A program made the position numbers and the translations under genes. A model generated the notes under the pieces. The model worked only from the letters and a program-made list of their open reading frames with translations. It was not told the DNA's origin and did not search any database. A stretch of DNA of 64,000 bases from NCBI GenBank assembly GCA_964016885.1, contig OZ024745.1, positions 76,942,001 to 77,006,000 on the forward strand. Reading direction: 5' to 3'. The stretch is from Eledone cirrhosa. Lineage: Eukaryota. Shown here one piece after another: positions 25,601 through 37,000 of this stretch (position 1 is the stretch's first letter; each line of letters starts with the position of its first letter).

Positions 25601-28600
25601 TCTCTTGGTAGTGGTCTCTTGCTGGTGGTCTATTTGTAGTGGTCTCTTGGTAGTGTTGTCTTGGTAGTGGTCCCTAGGTAGTGTTCTCTTGGTAGTGGTC
25701 TCTTGGTTGTGGCCTCTTGGTAGTCGTCTCTTGGTAGTGGTCTCTTGGTAGTAGTCTCTTGGTAGTGGTCTCTTGCTAGTGGTTTCTTGGTAGTTGTCTC
25801 TTGGTAGTGGTCTCTTGGTAATCGTGTCTTGGTAGTGGTCACTTGGTAGTGGTCTCTTGGTAATCGTGTCTTGGTAGTGGTCTCTTGATAGTGGTCTCTT
25901 GGTAGTGGTCTCTTGGTAGTGGTCTGTTGGTAGTGGTCTCTTGGTAGTGGTCTCTTGGGAGTTTTCTCTTTGTAGTGCTCTCTTGGTAGTGGTCTCTTGG
26001 TAGTGTTCCCTTGGTAGTGGTCTCTTGGTAGTGGTCTCCTGGTAGTGGTCTCTTGGGAGTGGTCTGTTGGTAGTAGTCTCTTGGTAGTGGTCCCATGGTA
26101 GTGTTCTCTTGGTAGTCATCTCTTGGTAGTGTTCTCTTGGTAGTGGTATCTTGGTAGTGGTCTCTTGGTAGTGTTCTCTTGGTAGTGGTCCCTTGGTAGT
26201 GTTCTCTTGGTAGTCATATCTTGGTAGTGTTCTCTTGGTAGTGGTCTCTTGATAGTGGTCTATTGGGAGTGGTCTCTTGATTGTGGTCTCCTGGTTGCGG
26301 TTTCTTGGTAGTGGTCTCTTGGTAGTGTCTCTTGGTAGTGGTCTCTTCGTAGTGGTCTCTCGGTATTGGTGTCTTGGTAGTGGTCTCTTGGTAGTCTTCT
26401 CTTGGTAGTGTTCTCTTGGTAGTGGTCTCTTCGTAGTGTTCTCTTGGTAGTGTTCTCTTGGTAGTGTTCTCTTCGCAGTGCTCTCTTGGTAGTGGTCTCT
26501 TGGTAGTGGTCTGTTGGTAGTGGTCTCTAGGTAGTGGTCTCTTGGTAGTGGTCCCCTGGTAGTGGTCTCTTGGTAGTGGTCTCTTGGTAGTGGTCTCTTG
26601 ATAGTGGTCTATTGGTAGTGGCCTCTTGGTAGTGGTCTCTTGGTAGTGTTCTCTTTGTAGTGGTATCTTGGTAGTGGTCTCATGGTAGTGTTCTCTTGGT
26701 AGTGCTCTCTTGGCAGTGGTCCCTTGGTAGTGTTCTCTTGGTAGTGGTCTCTTGGTAGTGGTCCCTTGCTATTGGTCTATTGGTAGTGGTCTACTGGTAG
26801 TGGTCTCTTAGTAATGGTCTTTTGGTAGTGGTCTCTTGGTAGTGGTCTCTTGGTTGTGGCCTCTTGGTAGTGGTCTCTTGGTAGTGGTCTATTGGTAGTG
26901 GTCTCTTGGTTGTGGTCTCTTGACAGTGGTCTCTTGGCAGTGGTCTCTTGGTAGTGGTCTCTTGGTAGTGGTCTCTTGGTAGTGGTCTCTTGGTAGTGGT
27001 CTCTTGCTAGTGGTCTATTGGTAGTGGTCTCTTGGTAGTGTTCTCTTGGTAGTGGTCCCTAGGTAGTGTTCTCTTGGTAGTGGTCTCTTGGTAGTGTTCT
27101 CTTGGTAGTGGTCTCTTGGTAGTGATCCCTTGGTAGTGGTCTCTTGGTGGTGGTCTCTTGGTAGTGGTCTCTTGGTGGTGGTCTCTTGGTAGTGGTCTCT
27201 TGGTAGTGATCTCTTGGTTGAGGCCTCTTGGTAGTCGTCTCTTGGTAGTGGTCTCTTGGTAGTGGTTTCTAGGTAGTGGTCTCTTGGTAGTGGTCTCTTG
27301 GTAATCGTGACTTGGTAGTGGTCTCTTGGTAGTGGTCTCTTGGTAATCGTGTCTTGGAAGTGGTCTCTTGATAGTGGTCTCTTGGTAGTGGTCTCTTGGT
27401 AGTGGTCTCTTGGTAGTGGTCTCTTGGTAGTGGTCTCTTGGGAGTGTTCTCTTTGTAGTGCTCTCTTGGTAGTGGTCTCTTGGTAGTGTTCCCTTGGTAG
27501 TGGTCTCTTGGTAGTGGTCTCCTGGTAGTGGTCTCTTGGGAGTGGTCTGTTGGTAGTGTTCTCTTGGTAGTGTTGTCTTGGTAGTAGTCTCTTGGTAGTG
27601 GTCCCTTGGTAGTGGTCTTTTGGTAGTGGTCTCGTGGTAGTGGTCTCTTGGTAGTGGTCTTTTGGAAGTGGTCTCTTGGTAGTGGTCTCTTCGTTGTGGC
27701 CTCTTGGTAGTGGTCTCTTGGTAGTGGTCTCTTGGTAGTGGTCTCTTGGTAGTGGTCTCTTGGTAGTGGTTTCTTGGTAGTGGTCTCTTGGTAGTGGTCT
27801 CTTGGTAATGGTGTCTTGGTAGTGGCTTCTTGATAGTGCTCTCTTGGTAGTGGTCTCTTGGTAGTGGTCTGTTGGTAGTTGTCTCTTGGTAGTGTTCTCT
27901 TGGTAGTGGTATCTTGGTAGTGGTCTATTGGTAGTAGTCTCTTGGTAGTGTTCTCTTGGTAGTGGTCCCTTGGTAGTGGTCTCTTGGTAGTGTTCTACTG
28001 GTAGTGGTCTCTTAGTAGTGGTCTCTTGGTAGTGGTCTCTTGGTAGTGGTCTCTTGGTAGTAGTTTCTTGGTAGTGGTCTCTTGGTAGTGGTCTATTGGT
28101 AGTGGTCTGTTGGTAGTGGTCTCTTGGTAGTGGTGTCTTGGTAGTGGTCTCTTGGTAGTGGTCTCTTGGTAGTGGTGTCTTGGTAGTGGTCTCTTGGTAG
28201 TGGTCTCTTGGTAGTGGTCTATTGGTAGTGGTCTGTTGGTAGTGGTCTGTTGGTAATGGTGTCTTGGTAGTGGTCTCTTGGTAGTGGTCTTTTGGTAGTG
28301 GTCTCTTGGTAGTGGTCTCTTGGTAGTGGTCTCTTGGTAGTGGTCTCTTGGTAGTGTTCTCTTGGTAGTGTTCTCTTGGTAGTGGTCTCTTGGTAGTGGT
28401 CCCTATGTAGTGGTCGCTTGGTAGTCGTGTCTTGGTAGTGGTCTCTTGGTAGTGGTCTTTTGGTAGTGGTCTCTTGGTAGTGGTCTCTCGGTAGTGGCTT
28501 CTTGATAGTGCTCTCTTGGTAGTGGTCTCTTGGTAGTGGTCCCTTGGTAGTGGTCGCTGGATAGTGGTCTATTGGTAGTGGTGTCTTGGTAGTGTTCTCT

Positions 28601-31076
28601 TGGTAGTGTTCTCTTGGTAGTGTTCTCTTGGTAGTGTTCTCTTTGTAGTGGTCTCTTGCTAGTGTTCTCTTGGTAGTGGTCTCTTGGTAGTGGTCTCTTG
28701 GTAGTGGTCTCTTGGTAGTGGTCTCTTGGTAGTGTTCACTTGGTAGTCATCTCTTGATAGTGTTCTCTTGGTAGTGGTATCTTGGTAGTGGTCTCTTGGT
28801 AGTGTTCTCTTGGTAGTGGTCCCTTGGTAGTGTTCTCTTGGTAGTGCTATCTTGGTAGTGTTCTCTTGGTAGTGGTCTCTTGATAGTAGTCTATTGGGAG
28901 TGGTCTCTTGATTGTGGTCTCCTGGTTGCGGGTTCTTGGTAGTGGTCTCTTGGTAGTGGTCTCTTGGTAGTGGTCTCTTCGTAGTGGTCTCTCGATATTT
29001 GTGTCTTGGTAGTGGTCTCTTGGTAGTCTTCTCTTGGTAGTGTTCTCTTGGTAGTGGTCTCTTCGCAGTGCTCTCTTTGTAGTGGTCTCTTGGTAGTGGT
29101 CTGTTGGTAGTGGTCTGTTGGTAGTGGTCTATTGGTAGTGGTCTCTAGGTAGTGGTCTCTTGGTAGTGGTCCCTTGGTAGTGGTCTCTTGGTAGTGGTCT
29201 CTTGGTAGTGGTCTCTTGATAGTGGTCTATTGGTAGTGGCCTCTTGGTAGTGGTCTCTTGGTAGTGTTCTCTTTGTAGTGGTATCTAGGTAGTGGTCTCA
29301 TGGTAGTGTTCTCTTGGTAGTGCTCTCTTGGCAGTGGTCCCTTGGTAGTGTTCTCTTGGTAGTGGTCTCTTGGTAGTGGTCCCTTGGTATTGGTCTCTTG
29401 GTAGTGGTCTACTGGTAGTGGTCTCTTAGTAGTGGTCTTTTGGTAGTGGTTTCTTGGTAGTGGTCTCTTGGTTGTGGCCTCTTGGTAGTGGTCTCTTGGT
29501 AGATGTCTGTTGGTAGTGGTCTGTTGGTAGTGGTCTCTGGGTAGTGGTTTCTTGGTAGTGGTCTCTTGGTAGTGGTCTATTGGTAGTGGTCTCTTGGTTG
29601 TGGTCTCTTGACAGTGGTCTCTTGGTAGTGGTCTCTTGGTAGTGGTCTCTTGGTAGTGGTCTCTTGGTAGTGGTCTCTTGTTAGTGGTCTCTTGCTGGTG
29701 GTCTATTTGTAGTGGTCTCTTGGTAGTGTTGTCTTGGTAGTGGTCCCTAGGTAGTGTTCTCTTGGTAGTGGTCTCTTGGTTGTGGCCTCTTGGTAGTCGT
29801 CTCTTGGTAGTGGTCTCTTGGTAGTAGTCTCTTGGTAGTGGTCTCTTGCTAGTGGTTTCTTGGTAGTGGTCTCTTGGTAGTGGTCTCTTGGTAATCGTGT
29901 CTTGGTAGTGGTCACTTGGTAGTGGTCTCTTGGTAATCGTGTCTTGGTAGTGGTCTCTTGATAGTGGTCTCTTGGTAGTGGTCTCTTGGTAGTGGTCTGT
30001 TGGTAGTGGTCTCTTGGTAGTGGTCTCTTGGGAGTTTTCTCTTTGTAGTGCTCTCTTGGTAGTGGTCTCTTGGTAGTGTTCCCTTGGTAGTGGTCTCTTG
30101 GTAGTGGTCTCCTGGTAGTGGTCTCTTGGGAGTGGTCTGTTGGTAGTAGTCTCTTGGTAGTGGTCTCTTGGTAGTAGTCTCTTGGTAGTGGTCTCTTGGT
30201 AGTGGTCTTTTGGTAGTGGTCTCGTGGTAGTGGTCTCTTGGTAGTGGTCTTTTGGAAGTGGTCTCTTGGTAGTGGTCTCTTCGTTGTGGCCTCTTGGTAG
30301 TGGTCTCTTGGTAGTGGTCTCTTGGTAGTGGTCTCTTGGTAGTGGTCTCTTGGTAGTGGTTTCTTGGTAGTGGTCTCTTGATAGTGGTCTCTTGGTAGTG
30401 GTCTCTTGGTAGTGGTCTGTTGGTAGTTGTCTCTTGGTAGTGTTCTCTTGGTTGTGGTATCTTGGTAGTGGTCTATTGGTAGTGGTCTCTTGGTAGTGTG
30501 CTCTTGGTAGTGGTCTCTTGGTAGTGGTCTCTTGGTAGTGGTCCCTTGGTAGTGTTCTCTTGGTAGTGGTCTCTAGGTAGTGGTTCCTTGGTAGTGGTCC
30601 CTTGGTAGTTGTCTCTTGGTAGTGGTCTACTGGTAGTGGTCTCTTAGTAGTGGTCTCTTGGTAGTGGTCTCTTGGTAGTGGTCTCTTGGTAGTAGTTTCT
30701 TGGTAGTGGTCTCTTGGTAGTGGTCTCTTGGTAATGGTGTCTTGGTAGTGGTCTCTTGATAGTGGTCTCTTGGTAGTGGTCTATTGTTAGTGGTCTGTTG
30801 GTAGTGGCCTCTTGGTAGTGGTGTCTTGGTAGTGGTCTCTTGGTAGTGGTCTTTTGGTAGTGGTCTCTTGGTAGTGGTCTCTTGGTAGTGGTATCTTGGG
30901 AGTGGTCTCTTGGTAGTGTTCTCTTGGTAAGGGTCTCTTGGTAGTGGTCTCTTGGTAGTGGTCGCTTGGTAGTGGTCTCTTGGTAGTGGTCTCTTGGTAG
31001 TTGTCTCTTGGTAGTGGTCTACTGGTAGTGGTCTCTTAGTAGTGGTCTCTTGGTAGTGGTCTCTTGGTAGTGGTCT
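19740..31076 (+). repeat. 11,337-bp higher-order tandem duplication, copy 1
   Basis: Identical ORF-track entries recur at +11337 (19962/31299, 20546/31883, 21333/32670, 25154/36491). Landmark GATGTCTG occurs at 19761 and 31098. 11337 = 810x14 - 3, matching three 13-bp monomers near 20658, 22505 and 26326. Confidence 0.93.
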
Positions 31077-34000
31077 CTTGGTAGTGGTCTCTTGGTAGAT
31101 GTCTGTTGGTAGTGGTCTGTTGGTAGTGGTCTCTGGGTAGTGGTTTCTTGGTAGTGGTCTCTTGGTAGTGGTCTATTGGTAGTGGTCTCTTGGTTGTGGT
31201 CTCTTGACAGTGGTCTCTTGGTAGTGGTCTCTTGGTAGTGGTCTCTTGGTAGTGGTCTCTTGGTAGTGGTCTCTTGGTAGTGGTCTCTTGCTGGTGGTCT
31301 ATTTGTAGTGGTCTCTTGGTAGTGTTGTCTTGGTAGTGGTCCCTAGGTAGTGTTCTCTTGGTAGTGGTCTCTTGGTTGTGGCCTCTTGGTAGTCGTCTCT
31401 TGGTAGTGGTCTCTTGGTAGTAGTCTCTTGGTAGTGGTCTCTTGCTAGTGGTTTCTTGGTAGTGGTCTCTTGGTAGTGGTCTCTTGGTAATCGTGTCTTG
31501 GTAGTGGTCACTTGGTAGTGGTCTCTTGGTAATCGTGTCTTGGTAGTGGTCTCTTGATAGTGGTCTCTTGGTAGTGGTCTCTTGGTAGTGGTCTGTTGGT
31601 AGTGGTCTCTTGGTAGTGGTCTCTTGGGAGTTTTCTCTTTGTAGTGCCCTCTTGGTAGTGGTCTCTTGGTAGTGTTCCCTTGGTAGTGGTCTCTTGGTAG
31701 TGGTCTCCTGGTAGTGGTCTCTTGGGAGTGGTCTGTTGGTAGTAGTCTCTTGGTAGTGGTCCCATGGTAGTGTTCTCTTGGTAGTCATCTCTTGGTAGTG
31801 TTCTCTTGGTAGTGGTATCTTGGTAGTGGTCTCTTGGTAGTGTTCTCTTGGTAGTGGTCCCTTGGTAGTGTTCTCTTGGTAGTCATATCTTGGTAGTGTT
31901 CTCTTGGTAGTGGTCTCTTGATAGTGGTCTATTGGGAGTGGTCTCTTGATTGTGGTCTCCTGGTTGCGGTTTCTTGGTAGTGGTCTCTTGGTAGTGTCTC
32001 TTGGTAGTGGTCTCTTCGTAGTGGTCTCTCGGTATTGGTGTCTTGGTAGTGGTCTCTTGGTAGTCTTCTCTTGGTAGTGTTCTCTTGGTAGTGGTCTCTT
32101 CGTAGTGTTCTCTTGGTAGTGGTCTCTTGGTAGTGGTCTCTTGGTAGTGGTCTCTTGGTAGTGGTCTCTTGGTAGTGTTCACTTGGTAGTCATCTCTTGA
32201 TAGTGTTCTCTTGGTAGTGGTATCTTGGTAGTGGTCTCTTGGTAGTGTTCTCTTGGTAGTGGTCCCTTGGTAGTGTTCTCTTGGTAGTGCTATCTTGGTA
32301 GTGTTCTCTTGGTAGTGGTCTCTTGATAGTAGTCTATTGGGAGTGGTCTCTTGATTGTGGTCTCCTGGTTGCGGGTTCTTGGTAGTGGTCTCTTGGTAGT
32401 GGTCTCTTGGTAGTGGTCTCTTCGTAGTGGTCTCTCGATATTTGTGTCTTGGTAGTGGTCTCTTGGTAGTCTTCTCTTGGTAGTGTTCTCTTGGTAGTGG
32501 TCTCTTCGCAGTGCTCTCTTGGTAGTGGTCTCTTGGTAGTGGTCTGTTGGTAGTGGTCTGTTGGTAGTGGTCTATTGGTAATGGTCTCTAGGTAGTGGTC
32601 TCTTGGTAGTGGTCCCTTGGTAGTGGTCTCTTGGTAGTGGTCTCTTGGTAGTGGTCTCTTGATAGTGGTCTATTGGTAGTGGCCTCTTGGTAGTGGTCTC
32701 TTGGTAGTGTTCTCTTTGTAGTGGTATCTAGGTAGTGGTCTCATGGTAGTGTTCTCTTGGTAGTGCTCTCTTGGCAGTGGTCCCTTGGTAGTGTTCTCTT
32801 GGTAGTGGTCTCTTGGTAGTGGTCCCTTGGTATTGGTCTCTTGGTAGTGGTCTACTGGTAGTGGTCTCTTAGTAGTGGTCTTTTGGTAGTGGTTTCTTGG
32901 TAGTGGTCTCTTGGTTGTGGCCTCTTGGTAGTGGTCTCTTGGTAGATGTCTGTTGGTAGTGGTCTGTTGGTAGTGGTCTCTGGGTAGTGGTTTCTTGGTA
33001 GTGGTCTCTTGGTAGTGGTCTATTGGTAGTGGTCTCTTGGTTGTGGTCTCTTGACAGTGGTCTCTTGGTAGTGGTCTCTTGGTAGTGGTCTCTTGGTAGT
33101 GGTCTCTTGGTAGTGGTCTCTTGGTAGTGGTCTCTTGCTGGTGGTCTATTTGTAGTGGTCTCTTGGTAGTGTTGTCTTGGTAGTGGTCCCTAGGTAGTGT
33201 TCTCTTGGTAGTGGTCTCTTGGTTGTGGCCTCTTGGTAGTCGTCTCTTGGTAGTGGTCTCTTGGTAGTAGTCTCTTGGTAGTGGTCTCTTGCTAGTGGTT
33301 TCTTGGTAGTGGTCTCTTGGTTGTGGTCTCTTGGTAATCGTGTCTTGGTAGTGGTCACTTAGTAGTGGTCTCTTGGTAATCGTGTCTTGGTAGTGGTCTC
33401 TTGATAGTGGTCTCTTGGTAGTGGTCTCTTGGTAGTGGTCTGTTGGTAGTGGTCTCTTGGTAGTGGTCTCTTGGGAGTTTTCTCTTTGTAGTGCTCTCTT
33501 GGTAGTGGTCTCTTGGTAGTGTTCCCTTGGTAGTGGTCTCTTGGTAGTGGTCTCCTGGTAGTGGTCTCTTGGGAGTGGTCTGTTGGTAGTAGTCTCTTGG
33601 TAGTGGTCCCATGGTAGTGTTCTCTTGGTAGTCATCTCTTGGTAGTGTTCTCTTGGTAGTGGTATCTTGGTAGTGGTCTCTTGGTAGTGTTCTCTTGGTA
33701 GTGGTCCCTTGGTAGTGTTCTCATGGTTGTCATATCTTGGTAGTGTTCTCTTGGTAGTGGTCTCTTGATAGTGGTCTATTGGGAGTGGTCTCTTGATTGT
33801 GGTCTCCTGGTTGCGGTTTCTTGGTAGTGGTCTCTTGGTAGTGTCTCTTGGTAGTGGTCTCTTCGTAGTGGTCTCTCGGTATTGGTGTCTTGGTAGTGGT
33901 CTCTTGGTAGTCTTCTCTTGGTAGTGTTCTCTTGGTAGTGGTCTCTTGGTAGTGGTCCCTTGCTATTGGTCCATTGGTAGTGGTCTACTGGTAGTGGTCT

Positions 34001-37000
34001 CTTAGTAATGGTCTTTTGGTAGTGGTCTCTTGGTAGTGGTCTCTTGGTTGTGGCCTCTTGGTAGTGGTCTCTTGGTAGTGGTCTATTGGTAGTGGTCTCT
34101 TGGTTGTGGTCTCTTGACAGTGGTCTCTTGGCAGTGGTCTCTTGGTAGTGGTCTCTTGGTAGTGGTCTCTTGGTAGAGGTCTCTTGGTAGTGGTCTCTTG
34201 CTGGTGGTCTATTGGTAGTGGTCTCTTGGTAGTGTTCTCTTGGTAGTGGTCCCTAGGTAGTGTTCTCTTGGTAGTGGTCTCTTGGTAGTGTTCTCTTGGT
34301 AGTGGTCTCTTGGTAGTGGTCCCTTGGTAGTGGTCTCTTGGTGGTGGTCTCTTGGTAGTGGTCTCTTGGTGGTGGTCTCTTGGTAGTGGTCTCTTGGTAG
34401 TGATCTCTTGGTTGGGGCCTCTTGGTAGTCGTCTCTTGGTAGTGGTCTCTTGGTAGTGGTTTCTAGGTAGTGGTCTCTTGGTAGTGGTCTCTTGGTAATC
34501 GTGACTTGGTAGTGGTCTCTTGGTAGTGGTCTCTTGGTAATCGTGTCTTGGAAGTGGTCTCTTGATAGTGGTCTCTTGGTAGTGGTCTCTTGGTAGTGGT
34601 CTCTTGGTAGTGGTCTCTTGGTAGTGGTCTCTTGGGAGTGTTCTCTTTGTAGTGCTCTCTTGGTAGTGGTCTCTTGGTAGTGTTCCCTTGGTAGTGGTCT
34701 CTTGGTAGTGGTCTCCTGGTAGTGGTCTCTTGGGAGTGGTCTGTTGGTAGTGTTCTCTTGGTAGTGTTGTCTTGGTAGTAGTCTCTTGGTAGTGGTCCCT
34801 TGGTAGTGGTCTTTTGGTAGTGGTCTCGTGGTAGTGGTCTCTTGGTAGTGGTCTTTTGGAAGTGGTCTCTTGGTAGTGGTCTCTTCGTTGTGGCCTCTTG
34901 GTAGTGGTCTCTTGGTAGTGGTCTCTTGGTAGTGGTCTCTTGGTAGTGGTCTCTTGGTAGTGGTTTCTTGGTAGTGGTCTCTTGGTAGTGGTCTCTTGGT
35001 AATGGTGTCTTGGTAGTGGCTTCTTGATAGTGCTCTCTTGGTAGTGGTCTCTTGGTAGTGGTCTGTTGGTAGTTGTCTCTTGGTAGTGTTCTCTTGGTAG
35101 TGGTATCTTGGTAGTGGTCTATTGGTAGTGGTCTCTTGGTAGTGTTCTCTTGGTAGTGGTCCCTTGGTAGTGGTCTCTTGGTAGTGGTCTACTGGTAGTG
35201 GTCTCTTAGTAGTGGTCTCTTGGTAGTGGTCTCTTGGTAGTGGTCTCTTGGTAGTAGTTTCTTGGTAGTGGTCTCTTGGTAGTGGTCTATTGGTAGTGGT
35301 CTGTTGGTAGTGGTCTCTTGGTAGTGGTGTCTTGGTAGTGGTCTCTTGGTAGTGGTCTCTTGGTAGTGGTGTCTTGGTAGTGGTCTCTTGGTAGTGGTCT
35401 CTTGGTAGTGGTCTATTGGTAGTGGTCTGTTGGTAGTGGTCTCTTGGTAGTGGTGTCTTGGTAGTGGTCTCTTGGTAGTGGTCTTTTGGTAGTGGTCTCT
35501 TGGTAGTGGTCTCTTGGTAGTGGTCTCTTGGGAGTGGTCTCTTGGTAGTGTTCTCTTGGTAAGGGTCTCTTGGTAGTGGTCTCTTGGTAGTGGTCTCTTG
35601 GTAGTGGTCTCTTGGTAGTGTTCTCTTGGTAGTGTTCTCTTGGTAGTGGTCTCTTGGTAGTGGTCCCTATGTAGTGGTCGCTTGGTAGTCGTGTCTTGGT
35701 AGTGGTCTCTTGGTAGTGGTCTTTTGGTAGTGGTCTCTTGGTAGTGGTCTCTCGGTAGTGGCTTCTTGATAGTGCTCTCTTGGTAGTGGTCTCTTGGTAG
35801 TGGTCCCTTGGTAGTGGTCGCTGGATAGTAGTCTATTGGTAGGGGTGTCTTGGTAGTGTTCTCTTGGTAGTGTTCTCTTGGTAGTGTTCTCTTGGTAGTG
35901 TTCTCTTTGTAGTGGTCTCTTGCTAGTGTTCTCTTGGTAGTGGTCTCTTGGTAGTGGTCTCTTGGTAGTGGTCTCTTGGTAGTGGTCTCTTGGTAGTGTA
36001 CACTTGGTAGTCATCTCTTGATAGTGTTCTCTTGGTAGTGGTATCTTGGTAGTGGTCTCTTGGTAGTGTTCTCTTGGTAGTGGTCCCTTGGTAGTGTTCT
36101 CTTGGTAGTGCTATCTTGGTAGTGTTCTCTTGGTAGTGGTCTCTTGATAGTAGTCTATTGGGAGTGGTCTCTTGATTGTGGTCTCCTGGTTGCGGGTTCT
36201 TGGTAGTGGTCTCTTGGTAGTGGTCTCTTGGTAGTGGTCTCTTCGTAGTGGTCTCTCGATATTTGTGTCTTGGTAGTGGTCTCTTGGTAGTCTTCTCTTG
36301 GTAGTGTTCTCTTGGTAGTGGTCTCTTCGCAGTGCTCTCTTGGTATAGGTCTCTTGGTAGTGGTCTGTTGGTAGTGGTCTGTTGGTAGTGGTCTATTGGT
36401 AATGGTCTCTAGGTAGTGGTCTCTTGGTAGTGGTCCCTTGGTAGTGGTCTCTTGGTAGTGGTCTCTTGGTAGTGGTCTCTTGATAGTGGTCTATTGGTAG
36501 TGGCCTCTTGGTAGTGGTCTCTTGGTAGTGTTCTCTTTGTAGTGGTATCTAGGTAGTGGTCTCATGGTAGTGTTCTCTTGGTAGTGCTCTCTTGGCAGTG
36601 GTCCCTTGGTAGTGTTCTCTTGGTAGTGGTCTCTTGGTAGTGGTCCCTTGGTATTGGTGTCTTGATAGTGGTCTACTGGTAGTGGTCTCTTAGTAGTGGT
36701 CTTTTGGTAGTGGTTTCTTGGTAGTGGTCTCTTGGTTGTGGCCTCTTGGTAGTGGTCTCTTGGTAGATGTCTGTTGGTAGTGGTCTGTTGGTAGTGGTCT
36801 CTGGGTAGTGGTTTCTTGGTAGTGGTCTCTTGGTAGTGGTCTATTGGTAGTGGTCTCTTGGTTGTGGTCTCTTGACAGTGGTCTCTTGGTAGTGGTCTCT
36901 TGGTAGTGGTCTCTTGGTAGTGGTCTCTTGGTAGTGGTCTCTTGGTAGTGGTCTCTTGCTGGTGGTCTATTTGTAGTGGTCTCTTGGTAGTGTTGTCTTG

